A program made the translations under genes and the position numbers. From Octopus bimaculoides (Eukaryota), in contig NC_068983.1 in the NCBI RefSeq assembly GCF_001194135.2, positions 73,990,524 through 74,054,523 on the forward strand: 64,000 nt of DNA, read 5' to 3'. Positions 12,538 to 25,269 of the stretch are shown here, in pieces. Position 1 is the stretch's first letter. Each line of letters begins with the position of its first letter. The notes below the pieces were generated by a model. That model saw only the letters and a list, made by a program, of their open reading frames with translations, was not told the DNA's origin and ran no database searches.

Positions 12538-14045
12538 TTTGAAGTGCATTCCAAAAGTTTTAAAAGTGTTTTTTAGGAGAGGCTGTAATAACTGTTCTAG
12601 ATTATTGTAATTTTAGTATATCATTACTATGTATCTAATAAGCTGAACTACCACCTTTTGTTATTCCAGATTGAAGGAGATAACTGTAGCAGCACTTTGA
12701 ACACACCCTGCAAAACACTGCTTTTCACAGTTGACTAGTTTGCAGATGGGATGTAAAGCTTAAAGTTTTGAGTTATACTGGGCAAAAACACTACAGAGAT
12801 ATATTGAATACTCCAGATTGCTTATGGATTAACTTCTATGAGCCAAGCATCTGTTTTTCAATGGCACAAAAGGTTCAAAGACAGCAGAGAGGAGGTGAAA
12901 GATGATATGGGAGGGATGTCAGAACATCAGACCTGGTTGAGAAAATTTGCTCATTGTATGTCTATGAAGACAATAAGATTACAGTTTGGAGTTGGTGAAG
13001 CAACAGTACACAGAATTAATCATGAAGATCTGAACATGAGCAAAATTTGTGCAAAGTTTCTTCCCAGGGTGCTCAGTGATGAACAGGAGGAAAGACTTGT
13101 TGACTGTAGGGAGATGGTTGAGCTCATTACCTCCAATCCAAGAGAGCGTGAGACTTTGGTGACCTGTGATGAAAGCAGGATCTACTGCTATGATCCAAAG
13201 TCCATGAGGCCATTGCCTCCTGGCTCTCTATTGTAAAACAGTCTTTTACCACTTTTGTATCTGTCTTTTGACAACAGTTGTCGCTCTGACAGATATTGTT
13301 ATATTCCAAATTCGTTGATAGAGTGGTTCTATCTGGCACTGTACAACCCCCAGTCATACAGTGTTATTATCCTCAAATGGTTGGAATGTTATAACGTCCA
13401 CTCAGTACCACAATAAAGTTACTATATCAGCACAGACATGACTATCAACACAAACTACATGTACTTTTGACCTTCTGTCAATCAGCTACTGGTCTATTTA
13501 TAATGGCTGGTTACTACCACTTTTTACTGAGAGGGGTGTACAGTTTCACTATACAACACTCTGATACCCAAGAAGGCCAGGCAAAGCAAGTCCACTAGAA
13601 AGCTCATGAGGATCCCCTTTTTCAACAGCAATGGTATCCACTACACCCACTGAGTTCCCTCTAACCAGATGGTCAACAAAGACTACTTTATGCAGGTTTT
13701 GAGGTAGTTCAGGAAGAGATTTTGTCATAAAAGACCAGGGTGTCTGTACCAGAACAATGCACCAATCCACAATTCCATTCTGGTAATAAACTACTTGAGA
13801 TGAGCATCAAAACTATTTCTCATCCTCCATACAGTCCTCCCTACATTGAGAAGATGAAGGAAACTGACAAGGGTCCTGGATACCTTCATTTTGTGAGACT
13901 TACATGGGGCCTTCATGAAGTGGCTGGAGTGCTGTAACAAGGGCATTGAAGTCAGAGGATCCTACCTTGTAGATTAGAGTTTTGTACTTTGCAATAAATA
14001 AATCTCTCTCCTAAAAAGTCTCAAAACTTCTGGAATACATGTGGA
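12538..14045 (+). mobile_element. Decayed mariner transposon interrupted by a solo-LTR-like insert
   Basis: TIR pair GTGCATTCCAAAAGTTTTAAAAGTGTTTTTTAGGAGAG (~12544) and CTCTCCTAAAAAGTCTCAAAACTTCTGGAATACAT (~14006-14040). ORF 12838..13236 MSQASVFQWHKRFK...CAKFLPRVL...VTCDESRIYCYDP. After the insert it resumes PKKARQSKS...QNNAP...HPPYSP. Confidence 0.9.
13232..13558 (-). mobile_element. Solo-LTR-like insertion in the mariner transposase
   Basis: TG...CA termini. Minus strand begins TGTTGTATAG with TATAAATAG ~55 nt in. Left flank CTAT. The right boundary is either 13548 (followed by exact CTAT) or 13558 (followed by CTCT), giving a 4-bp TSD either way. Confidence 0.65.
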
Positions 14046-15053
14046 GTTTACTATAGTTCAAAGGAATATGACCAATTCAAAGCCAACAAGTCTTTACTCA
14101 GTGTATGATATTTTCTGGCATACCAGTCAAATATTTTAGACCAAAATTTACAGCCCCAAACAGTAGGTTGGTTTGTAATACACCAAAGTGACTTTGGAGG
14201 ACCAAAAATTTCAAACAATGAGGATTTGGAAAGATGTTAAAATGCTTACACTAAATACTGTCAACCTTTATACCAGAAAATGCAGTGTACATTGACAGAC
14301 CTGACAGGAATAGTCATGTACTAAAGTTTGATAGTTTATCTCTGAATTCTTCCAGTATTTTTACCCCTTTGACTAATTATACCTTCAGTGAATGACTTTA
14401 AAATATAATGCATGCATGTATGCATGTACATATGCATGTATGTTGTTATTTTATGATTGCATGAATAGATATTTAACATGCAACAATGTTTGTGCATAGA
14501 TATATTCAGTTTACAGTTATATAGTAAAGTAGAAGGAGTGTTTTATTCCTGTTTTTAATTACTTTCTTTATTTTGCTTACAAATTTGTTTGTATTTCTGT
14601 GACTCCTCCTCCTCCTTTTCCTTCTCAAACTTTGTTCAAATAGGAAAGAGTTTTTTTAGTCAACAGGCCTGCAAAGATTCTGATACAGATCCCAGTCAAC
14701 ATATCCAAGTTTCCTTTAGTGCTGTTGTATTCTAAGCAGCCATTTCAAAATGAAATTGAAAAATTATTTCAACTTTGTTATTATTTGTTTCACTTTGAAG
14801 AGGAGCTTTTATGTTCAAAATATTGTAAGATAAAATAAATGTTATTTGTTTTATAGAAAACAAAATCTGCATTGTCATGACTTTTTTCTTTTATTCAAGT
14901 ACTCAAATATGTATATATGTGAGTGTGTGTGGCTGATATAGGTGTGTATATATTCATGTGTAAAAATAGGAACAAAAATATAATATAATTTAATTAAAAA
15001 AAAAAAAAGAGAGAAAGGAAATAATTTTTTCAGTTTGCTTGCATATAAGTATA

Positions 15054-16470
15054 CAAATGCCGGAGCTAAGAGCTTTGAGGCATTTTCATCGGCTATTTTG
15101 ACGATAGACACTATGAAAACAAAACCGTTGAATAAAAGGGAAGTTATTCTAATCGGCATAAAAAAAATATAAAAGATATAGAATATAAAAAAATAAAACA
15201 AAAATTCACACCTTAAGCTTCAGACAGTGGGATAAAAGAAAAACGAACAAATTATCCAGTTATATATGGTTCTTAAAAGAATAAGATGTCAGCTATCAGA
15301 TTCACTGGAAGATCTTGGCCAAGTGTAAACCTTATACCAACGGCAGTGGGAAGTGCAGTCTTTGTGATATGGAAAGATGGCTCGTCTGGAAAAGTTCATT
15401 AGATCCCACTACATGTCTCAATTCAAGAACTGAACTTTTTGGATCATGTCTACATATGTTACGGTTTTGGGCCCCCCAAGATCACGGATAGACCCTGCTT
15501 TTTTATTATGTCCCTGTACAAGCCTTCCATATGTCTTAACATTTTTTATTGCTTTATATATTTTTATATTTTTTTCATTTTTTTCTTTTTTTAATTGTGT
15601 GATTGTATTCATGTGTGAGTATATATATTAAATGTATGTGTGTGTATATATGTGTATGTATATGAGTGTAAGACTGCATACGGTGCATAAAGGTGACTGT
15701 CATACACATGTCTCCTTCCTTTATACGTATTTGTATGTACATATGCTTGTATATTTGCAGTTGTAGGTGTGTTGATTAATAGACTGGAGCCTGGTGTTGC
15801 CATCCGGTTTCACCAGTCCTCAGTCAAATCGTCCAACCCATGCTAGCATGGAAAGCGGACGTTAAACGATGATGATGATGATGATGATGATGTACCTCTA
15901 CATATATGTAAATTCATGTATGCCGCGAATGTGAATATATGCCTCTACGAGTGTGCATATATGTATATGTTTACGTTTGTGTATGAGTATATTTATTTGT
16001 ATAAATGTCTAATTTAAGTGTAGGCATATATGTATGTGAGGATGAAATTGTGTATACATATATACGTACAATGTGTGTATATATTTATACATATATATGC
16101 ATATACATGTATATGTATATGCGTGTGTGTAGAGAGAGATGTGCATATGAGCATGTAAATGTGTGTATGGGTGTGTATATATATATATATATATATACAC
16201 ATGTCTGTGTGAGTGTGTATGTATGTAGATTTTATGAACGCAGAAGGTTTCTATCTATTGTGAGAATGTGGTTGCATGTTTTTGATAAATTTTTTTATTT
16301 AAATAAAAAAATTTTTTTTATATTCTATATTTTTTCATGCCTATTAGAGTAACTTCCCTTTTATTCAATGTTTTTTTTTTTTTCGTAGCGTCTATCGTCA
16401 AAATATCCGATGAAAATGCCTCAAAGCTCTTAGCTCCAGCATTTGAAACTCTGAGTTCTATTATGACAAC
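15054..16470 (+). mobile_element. 5'-truncated Penelope-like element with inverted pLTR copy
   Basis: 15252-15460 translates LSSYIWFLKE*DVSYQIHWKILAKCKPYTNGSGKCSLCDMERW...LNSRTELFGSCLH, the C-terminal part of a PLE GIY-YIG endonuclease. 15054-15195 is the reverse complement of 16310-16445. An RTE-tail piece is nested at 15781-15892. Confidence 0.8.
16397..16467 (+). ncRNA. Type I hammerhead ribozyme motif (variant core) in PLE terminal repeat
   Basis: Stem I GTCAAAATA(T/G)/CTATTATGAC; core CCGATGA 16407-16413; stem II AAATGC/GCATTT; GAAA 16445; stem III ACTC-T-GAGT; predicted cleavage after GUU at 16457. Confidence 0.65.
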
Positions 16471-17264
16471 TTACTGAGTGTCCTATACTATATATATATA
16501 TATAACTGATATTGGTGAGATTTGAACAGTGTGCAGAGACTCGGATAAAATTCTGCAAGTCACTCTATTTACTGCTCCTATGACTGAGCCAATTTACCAC
16601 AATAACCAGTTGAATATTCTGGTCAATTTAATCAGCAATACTCCACCACATAATTTATGTGCGTGTGTGTGTGCATCAATTAGAAACACTTATTACATTA
16701 AAAGAATATTTTATTGTTTGTAAAGAAAAGAAAAGAAAACAAAGCAAAGCAAATAAAAAGAAATCCATTGAAATGATTATTGACATAAAGCTGAGAAAGT
16801 CTTTGAATAATAAATCCATTAAGCGTGATATAGGTATGTAATATACATTTAAATTTCATTTAGGTATGAAACTATAAATTATGCCATATTAATTTATATT
16901 GGGAAATTTATAAATCCTCTGAATATCTTCACACTTCAGTTGTGTGTGTGTGTGTGTATCTAAAAGTGCATACATATGTATGAATATATGGTCTATAACT
17001 TTGATTGCTGTATAATAATGGTTTACAGCTCCGGAGAGCTTTTAATTGGTAAATAAATTTCACAACATATCTTTCTGGCTTGCAATAAAGCAAAAAAACA
17101 CAATGGGAAAAATATATATTTTTAAATAATTCAGTTTATGTCATTACTTTTTTTACTGCTTTCTGCAATATGGCTGTGGCTATGCTGGAGATACTGCTAT
17201 TATTTAATTTCTGAAAGAAAAATGTGTTTATTATATATTTATCATGTGTTTTGCATTAAATAAA

Positions 17265-18470
17265 CTAGCAAATCTACCCATCTACGATGGAGGCATAGAA
17301 TGAGGGAGGGAAGTCATAACAGCAGTATGTATTGAAAAATGTGTAATGGACTTGGTAGATTACTGGGTGGTGTCTTAGAGAAATCACATTATTGTTGGTG
17401 ATACAGCATTCTATTGCAGCTATATGACATGTGTTTGTGACTAAGTGACATGTGATGACGGTTTGCTCCCCAACTAAAATAGGCTCCCAGCCACTGAATC
17501 ATGAATGGTTAGGTGGACCACTCCTAACGAAGGCCAGAGCTTCCTTCAACCACTACATAAAAAAGTATTAAGAAAAAATGTTATTTAGATATACTTTTAT
17601 CTTAGTTGTTTACACTATTTTATGCTTGTTTACACTATTTTACGCTTGTTTACACTCTTACATATTTAAAGTTCACAAATTTCCTTATTTAAATTATAAA
17701 TCATATTCCTTTCGATAATATCAATACAATTACAAAATGTCTTTGTAGACAATATTTTCTGTTTGGTCAATACTAATTTTCAAATTATGGGAGTCCGTAG
17801 CTCTCCTCATAGTGACGTATAACTGGCTGTGTGTAAACACTGGAGTGGGTAAAAATACACCTACACAATCTAAAGTCTGGCCCTGTGCCTTGTTTGCTGT
17901 GAATGTGCAAGCGGAATCTTTGGAGTTGCAAAAAATCAAATTAAGACTTACCTCTCACTGTTCTATGTGAATAATGTCTTGATGTTCTGTTACCATGGGT
18001 TATTTTGATTGATAAAATTGAGATGTAAACAACAGCTGCTTCGATTAGCCGTTTCGAATCCTACTCAAGACTGACGCACTTCAGTAACCACTAAATAATC
18101 ACACACACTATATACTGACACATACTTTTACCATTTTATTTTTGCTATTAACTGTTCTCATGACCCTCTTTGTATCTACGATGGGGAAACAAGCTATACA
18201 ATAAAAATCCAGAGTTACTTGTGGTTGGTGATTTTTTTCCAACGTGGTTTATCAATCCAAAAATCGATATCCAGTAAATAATAATACTTTCTGAGTTTTT
18301 AAAGCAAAAAAAACCCTTCCTGATGACTATCTTTGTAATCCCGAAAAATATCGTAACCATTGGTCCAGCCGACTGGCTGTGAAGAGGGAACAGACAAAGA
18401 GACGGACAGTTAGACAGACATAATGCTATTTTTCCCAACCACAAAATCCCACGTCTTATGTGTATAACAA
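17265..18470 (-). mobile_element. Non-autonomous Helitron retaining the PIF1 helicase C-terminus
   Basis: ORF 17730..17939 FTANKAQGQTLDCVGVFLPTPVFTHSQLYVTMRRA...NIVYKDIL (Helitron helicase motifs V/VI). 3' CTAG at 17265-17268 lies just beyond hairpin CCATC-TAC-GATGG (17278-17290). GGTCCAGCCGACTGGCTGTGAAGAGGGAACAGAC (GACA-rich) block at 18362-18420. The 5' boundary is approximate. Confidence 0.8.
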
Positions 18471-18499
18471 AAAAAGTCTAATGTTACTACTGTTATTAG

Positions 18500-18915
18500 G
18501 GCCGTGGATTGGCAGAATCATTAGAGCATCAGAAGAAAATGTTCTGGCTCTTTACATTCTGAGTTCAAATCCCACTACGGTTGTCTTTGCCTTTTATCCT
18601 TTCAGGTTTGATTAAAAAAAAAAAGTACTGGTCAATTACTAGATTTTATGGTACCAATTAAACACCTCCCCGCAAAATTACCAACAGTGTGCCTAAATTC
18701 TTTATTATTTTGGTAGAAGGCAAGAAGTTTTGAGGGAGGGAGCAAGTCAGTTACATGGACCCCAGTATTTAACTCATACTTTATTTTACCGAGCCTCTAA
18801 GGGTTAAAGGTAGAGGTGACCTTGGTGAGATATGAACTCAGATTGTAAAGACGAAGAAGAAATGCCATTAAGCATTTTGTTCGATGCACTAATGATTCTG
18901 CCAGCTTACTGCCTT
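18500..18915. mobile_element. Tail-to-tail inverted pair of SINE B copies
   Basis: + copy ~18500-18705 (TGGCAGAATCATTAG...GAGTTCAAATCCC) followed by - copy ~18710-18915 (ending CTGCCAGCTTACTGCC). Confidence 0.75.
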
Positions 18916-19028
18916 CTTTGCACTTAAATTAGAAATCATTATTATTGTTTCTGTTGTTGTTGTTAGTAAAAGAAGATAGTAATTATGAGGAACTGTATTT
19001 TTGGAAAAGTTGGTGACCAGAATTTTAG

Positions 19029-19147
19029 AGTCAAGTGATTAAATTAGAAAGAGTACAACCCCCNNNNNNNNNNCACTCCAGCTAAATCAGGAGGCTTAGT
19101 GGAACAAGATGGCAGATTTGTCTCATCTGATGAGAAGGTGAAAGTAG
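19029..19147 (+). CDS. Candidate internal exon of an unidentified host gene
   Basis: TTTTAG acceptor, then an open frame SQVIKLERVQP-[gap]-TPAKSGGLVEQDGRFVSSDEKVKV, then donor G|GTTAGT at 19148 (alternative AAG|GTGAAA). Non-repetitive sequence, interrupted by a 10-N gap. Confidence 0.35.
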
Positions 19148-21875
19148 GTTAGTTAATGTTTGGTCCATTTTAATAAGTGCATCTAGTTGAAAGAGAAGAG
19201 ATGATGCATATTACTGTTACAGCACTGCTTTGCAAACCAGTAACGTTTCTGCTGTTTATGTTTGATTCAAAATTCAGTAATTTGATATCTATATGAAATA
19301 TAAGGGAAATATAGAAGACATACATAAACACACATTTTCATATACACAAACACATATAAAAGTTTTCAATATATATCGGAGAATTTATGCATTCAGTTGA
19401 AGTTGAAGCTTTCCTCCTTTACTAGAGTTTTATATTTTCAAAGTTTATCATGACTGGACACACTGTCTAGAAGAGCAATGAGAATCAGTGACAAACTTTG
19501 GAATTTAACTGAGGGGAGTAATGAATAGCAAGATTAGTAGAATGCCACACAAAATGCTATGCAGTTAAGCTTTTTCACATTCTGGGTTAAAATCACACTG
19601 AGAACCAAAATTGTTTTTCATCCTTTCAAGGCCAATATATGTACCATTAAAAAACTCATCTGGTTCCAAGGTTCTCAATTGGGAAATTGTGAATTGTCAC
19701 CACTAATCCCTGTTCTACACTTGCCTGAGTTCACAATATCTGTCAAAGGCCCCAGTTATAGGTCCTGTGGCTAAGGCATACATAACACAGAAAAACTGAT
19801 TTCTTGAGATGCGTTTGGTTATGCTCTTAAGTCAAATGAACAAGGTCCCATGCCTAAGGGTAAAACACACTCTGTGCTTCAATTATAAGCTCTTCTGATC
19901 TTACTCTTCTGGTAAGCAGAAGACAATAGGAAACCTGGTGTATTTTTCCTGTGCAAAACCATGACTCTTCAGATTTTGGCATGGAGGTTGTCTATGATAG
20001 CTGATTCCTGTAGGAATGGCACACAAAGAGAAAGAGAGAGAGAGGAGGGTGAGGGGACAGTTCTTCTCAAATTTGTCATGTTCATGTAATTTATGAAATG
20101 CCATAAATATCTGGTAACGTGGGACACATACTAGTTACCTGCATAGTCCGTCAGGTTGTTTCATCCCAGGTAAAATTTTATTGAGCAGACTTATAAAGAG
20201 AAGCATTCAGACTATGACCATCTTATCTTTTTTTAGGAGATATCTAGGAATATATTATCTAGTGAGTCTTTCTTATTGTAAGATATCATTTGAAGTAGAT
20301 TTGACTGTTATTTCTTGTAGTTCGATCATTTGTGCAGAGATTCCAGTCCAGTCATGCAGGATGGGGTAGCAATATTCTCGTTAACTACTACAAGGGTAGG
20401 GGAGATATTCTAGAAAGAAATACAGAGGTATGAAAGTAGTAGAAGGAATTATAGTAGTACAGGTAAATAGAAAAAATAATTAGTTTAGATGAGATGTTCT
20501 TCAAATCAGTATCATGCTGTAGGAACACCAATGCTCTCTTCTCAGTGATTAGCTTTCGCTAGTCTTTTTGTTTGAACATAAAAACTGATTCCTCTGTTAT
20601 CAAGAAGAGAAATTAAAATGTTATCACTGGGAATGTGATAGAAATTAATCCATAGATTTCGAACTGGAAGAATTGTTAGAGAATCGAAAAATGCCTGGTG
20701 ACATTTGTTCTGGCTCTTTACATTCTGAGTTGAAATATCGCCAAGATTAACTTTGCCTTTCATTTCTAGGGCCAGTAAAATATAGAAACCAGTCAAGTGC
20801 TGGAGTCAGTGTAATCAACTAACCACTAACTATCTTCCCTCAAAATTACTGTACTTGTGCCTAAATTAGAAACCTTTATTATTGTAACTTTGCCTTTAAC
20901 CCTCCTGGGGTGGGGTGATAATCGACTAACTCCTTTCCCTTGTGTCTAAATGATATTATCATTACTCCTGTTGTCAGTTCTCGAAGTGTACACCCATTTG
21001 CTTCGCTCGGTATCTAAGTCAAATTTATAGCAATACCAAGGGAAATTTTCTTTGGAATACTAGCTAAAATGTTTTACAAAACTATGAAGAATGCCAACAT
21101 TCGACGGTTAAAAGATTTGTTTTTACAGACATTTTCATAGTCAAAATATCCACAAAATCCAAATGAGGTACACGAAAAAACATTACAAAAGCTAACGAGG
21201 AAAAAAACAACACAAAAACTGCACAACTGCAAGTATAAAAAACGAAGAAAAATGAACATTTTAATGGAAAAATATTTCAAACAGTCTAACAACCAGTTTT
21301 GAAGATAGGGACGGTAACAACAGCAGTAGAGAGATATGCACTATAAGTTCCTCATATAGCTGTGTCAAAAGCTAGTTTTGCTTCAATTATGTAACAAACA
21401 GAATTTTTGTACATAACGTTTCCGAGGAAAAAATAGTTGGGGGGGGGGGAATTCTCTATGACTAAATAGTATTTCATTGTCATGGAATCTAATTCAAAGA
21501 GAACACAGAAAATTATTATATATCTGTGCTTTAGAAAAGATAGCATAAGACTGAATATACCCTAATGACAAGAATAAGCACTTCAGGATATTTCGTAAGA
21601 AATTCTCTGAAGTAAAAAAGGTTAAAGTTATGGTACTCTCTGCTGTTCTCTCAAAACCCAACATCTCGGTAGAAACACGGGCTGAAATTGAATTCGACAT
21701 ACATCTACCCATGCATTTGTGCCCAAGTACATCAGGTAAAGAAATACAAGAGTGACAATAAGAAACATTGGAAATGATGTTGATCCCTGGTTAATCACTA
21801 CTTTTGTATCGCAATATAGGCAAGCGGTTAGTTAAAACAGAGCTAGCAGTGGTCGGTGAAATAGACTTGCAAGCC

Positions 21876-21924
21876 CTACTGACCTCCGAAGGCCACAGAG
21901 CTATGTCGAAACTGTGCCCAGTAG
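21876..21924 (+). ncRNA. Degenerate hammerhead-like motif
   Basis: CTACTG...CAGTAG closing stem, core-like CCGAAGG (21886-21892), partial stem II GCCACA/TGT-C, GAAAC at 21908. Several defects, including G at the cleavage position. Confidence 0.35.
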
Positions 21925-22439
21925 AAGGTGCCGAGACAAAGGGCTGAGAATGATGATACAGAATAAAAAAGCTTAGCCGTTACGTTTATCGTAGTAAAAA
22001 AAAGAACCCGTTTACACTAAAGAACAAAAAAAAGATTAGGCAAGAAAATGAGAAATCAAAGTAGAGGAGACCAGCCGAGACAGTTACAAGAGAAACAAGC
22101 CCCAGTTTCCAGAACACCATTAGTCAAAATTTCAGGAATGGCGAGAGAATCGCTTTATGTCCAATCCAAGAAACAAGTCTGTCATCTATCTGAAGCAACG
22201 ATTAGCATCACTCCAAAGTTTTGTAATGAGAGAACACTACAAAACATTGGTTCTCAAGGAATGTGTCAAAGAAAACACCAAAGAAAAACGCCCCAAACAA
22301 GAAAACATCAACTAAATCGTATGAGGTGGGACAACTTGCACAAAACAACAACGATGTGCCACTTCAAAAAAAAAAAAAATAATAATAATAATAAATAAAT
22401 AGAAATGAAAACTATAATAAAAAAGAGAAAATGCTTTAT

Positions 22440-24990
22440 ATTTCTCATTTTGTGTAATATTTTCACCCATTCCCTTCCTAATTTCATTTAATTATCTGTT
22501 CTTCGTCGTAGGATGGTGTGGTTTTACAAGTTTGGGGACGAGGTATTTGCTCATCCGCTGTTTTTGATCCAGTTCTCTATCTGGTTGATTTTCTGCTTAC
22601 GCTTGTTGTTGTCAGAAGACTTGGTACCTTTTTTTGGTCTGGCAGTTGTCCAGCGTTCCAATTGGTTGATTCTCTTAAGAAACCACTGGTTTCGGTCGAC
22701 TCAATGTTTATTTGTTTTTTCCCTGAGGGTCCGGTTTTAACCAGAAAACACTCTCATTGGTTGATCTTAGGATGACGTCAGCAACTGGTGCTTGGGAAGG
22801 TGTAAGGTGTTATTGTACAGCAGTTTGGAGTTAGGGTTTCGAATCCCTGAGGTAGCCTGTTACTAAAACTTTTGATATATGTCTGTTGTCTCTGGTCGTT
22901 TTACGCGAATAAATTGTGTTTACTCATTCTGGTGTGTTTTTATAGGGTATTCGGTTGTGGTTTATACTTCTTAAGAAACATATTTTCCTCATTTACTCGG
23001 AATTGGGCTGAAGCGTTTCCAGTGCATTGATAGAGAGGGAAAAATTTGGTATTTCAGATTTCTGTTTGCGGGGTATTGATCTAAGTATTTACCTTTGGAA
23101 TTTTCCTGGTTGTGGGATCACGAATCTGTTGCCTGTGTACTGTCGGTCTTTCCTTCAAGGTCAAGCTCATTTGATCCATGTATTCCCGACCACACCCGCC
23201 ACATTTGTGAACATAAATTAATTTCCTCGTTGCACAGGTGAGAGGTTTTTGATGGAGAATGTTTGACCTGACTTGAATTCATATATTGAACATTCCATTA
23301 GGTTGGTGCAGGCCTCGTAATTAGGGCGGTTACATATTTTGACTAGTGGGGTTGCATTTTTGGTGCATGATTTGGCGCTAGTGATTTAGGTCGACTTTTA
23401 TTTTAAATAATTTTATGTGCTTCGAGTGCTTTTTTAGTCGCAGGTAGTTCATGAGAATGGTTATATAATGATGGATGATGTTGTATGCTTCCATGTTTCT
23501 TGGATTGTATGTTGACACGAAAGATAAAGTTTTAGGTGTGTCAGAAGGTTTTCTTGTTTTTCGTAATTCTTGGATGCCTATTGTTTTTGCACGTTCTATT
23601 CCATTATTGATTAAACTGACTGGGTATTATTTTTCTAGCAATATATTTTTAAGTTCTTTGAGTCGTTTTAACCGAGTTTCAAGATTGGACACAATCATGC
23701 AAATTCTTCTTGCTAAGATAAAAGGTATGTTGATTTTAGTATGCTTTGGATGGCAGGAAGAAAATTAGTAGGTAATGTTTTGAGTTTGTTGGTTTAAAAG
23801 AATTGTAGGTTTCAATGTTTGTATCTCTTTTTGAGATGATTAAAATGTCTAGAAAGAGCAGTTGTTTTTTATTGTACTCCATTGTAAATTGAATATTGTG
23901 GTTAATGTTTTTAATCAAGATGTTCAGTTTGATGAGTTGATCAAAATTATGTAACCACAGAATGAAACAATCGTGTTTTCTGTTGGCGAGTAAGTATTTT
24001 CGGAAGTTATCACCAAATTTTAGCCTGGCATTTTCGTATATTTGGACTTCTAAGTATGCCATAACAAAGTTAGCAAAAGTGGAGGCTACCCTCGTTACCA
24101 TCGCAGTCCCAAATATTTGTCTGTAGATACTGTAGTTGAAGTTGAAAAAGTGATTTTGTTGGATGAATTTTAATCCTTCAATGATAAATCCTTTTCCAGT
24201 TCGGCCAGGTATGTCATTTAGAAATTTTTCCAGCCAGAATTGTGTAGCTTCTATTCCGTATTTGGTGTAATTGAAGCGTAGATATTTATTACAACGAATA
24301 AGACATAAAGAGATTCCACGCTGGTTTTGCTCAGGAGATGGTTTAAAAAGTTCGAAGCATTTCTTATGAAACCCAGTATATACTGAAGAATGGGTTTTAG
24401 AAGACCGCCAATGAAGTTACTCACTCTATGTGTCTCACAGGATGGAGCCGCCTCAATTAGTGTCATTTTGAGAGATCTCTGGAATATAGAATATTAATAA
24501 CCAATGTGGTTGATCTGCTACAGGCTTCATTTATGGCTTCACCACTGTGGAGTTTTGGAAGTCCGTAAAAGTTGCTGGTTTGCAGTCAAATCTTGGACGA
24601 GGGTAGTGAGCCTTTTCATTATTTTGGATTGTTGGTACTTGTTAATTTTTTCATAAAAGGTATTGTCACGTAGAAGAGAACGTGTAGTGTTTATGTATTG
24701 TTCCTAGTCCATAATGGCTACACTATTACCTTTATCATCTTCCTTAATATTTATATTTTGATCATCCTTGAGAGCATTAATGATTTACCATTCTTCTCGA
24801 CTTGCATTTGGTTTAAATCTTGGATGTAGTAGTAAATTATAGGGGAAACTGGTTACAAAATCACAAAATTTGCCTAGAGTTTGGTTCCTCCTTTTTGTTG
24901 GATTGTAGTTGCTTTCATTATGAAACATTGAATGATCATTGATTTCTTTGTCGAATAGTTCGTTTGTAACCGGTGGTTTTCTACAAAATT
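22440..24990 (-). mobile_element. Decayed Penelope-like element (RT + GIY-YIG)
   Basis: ORF 24251..24466 AAPSCETHRVSNFIGGLLKP...FIRNASNFL...VINIYASI. ORF 23736..24101 ASTFANFVMAYLE...DCFILW...IQFTME...LLFLDILI...KPTNSKHYL. Around 23050-23250(-): TCEEENLIYVHKCGGCGREY... (GIY-YIG). These are PLE RT/EN motifs with many frameshifts. Confidence 0.9.
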
Positions 24991-25094
24991 CTGAGACATC
25001 ATTCTGTATTTCATAGAAATTTTGGAGTGAATTTTAGTCCTTTCAGGAAAATTTTAATTTGTTGGGTCGACAGAGTTTTGTGTGAGAGATTAAC

Positions 25095-25151
<57 letters not shown>

Positions 25152-25269
25152 CATACATACACATATATACGTGTAAGGTTTCGATACAATTGTAATGATA
25201 TACTTTTGGAACTAATAACCTGCAATGTAAAAGGAATAGCGCAAAGTTAGGAGATATGGGAATTAATAA

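Noticed and set aside
14667-14708. Possible exon ACKDSDTDPSQHIQ
   Set aside because: Weak donor (GTTTCC) and no supporting context.
15054-16445. Reading the inverted arms as DNA-transposon TIRs
   Set aside because: No TSD. The interior encodes a PLE endonuclease fragment, and one arm continues into a complete hammerhead.
19082-19147. Joining this exon to 40799 to give a kinase-like VSSDEKVKV...SAPE...YELAC, and the AKSG echo at 35135 as a mutually exclusive exon
   Set aside because: No DFG/HRD motifs, a candidate promoter lies between the exons, and the matches are too short to exceed chance.
22675-22775. Hammerhead in the 3' region of the minus-strand PLE (GAAACCAGT)
   Set aside because: No CUGANGA-like box with a pairing stem II could be placed.
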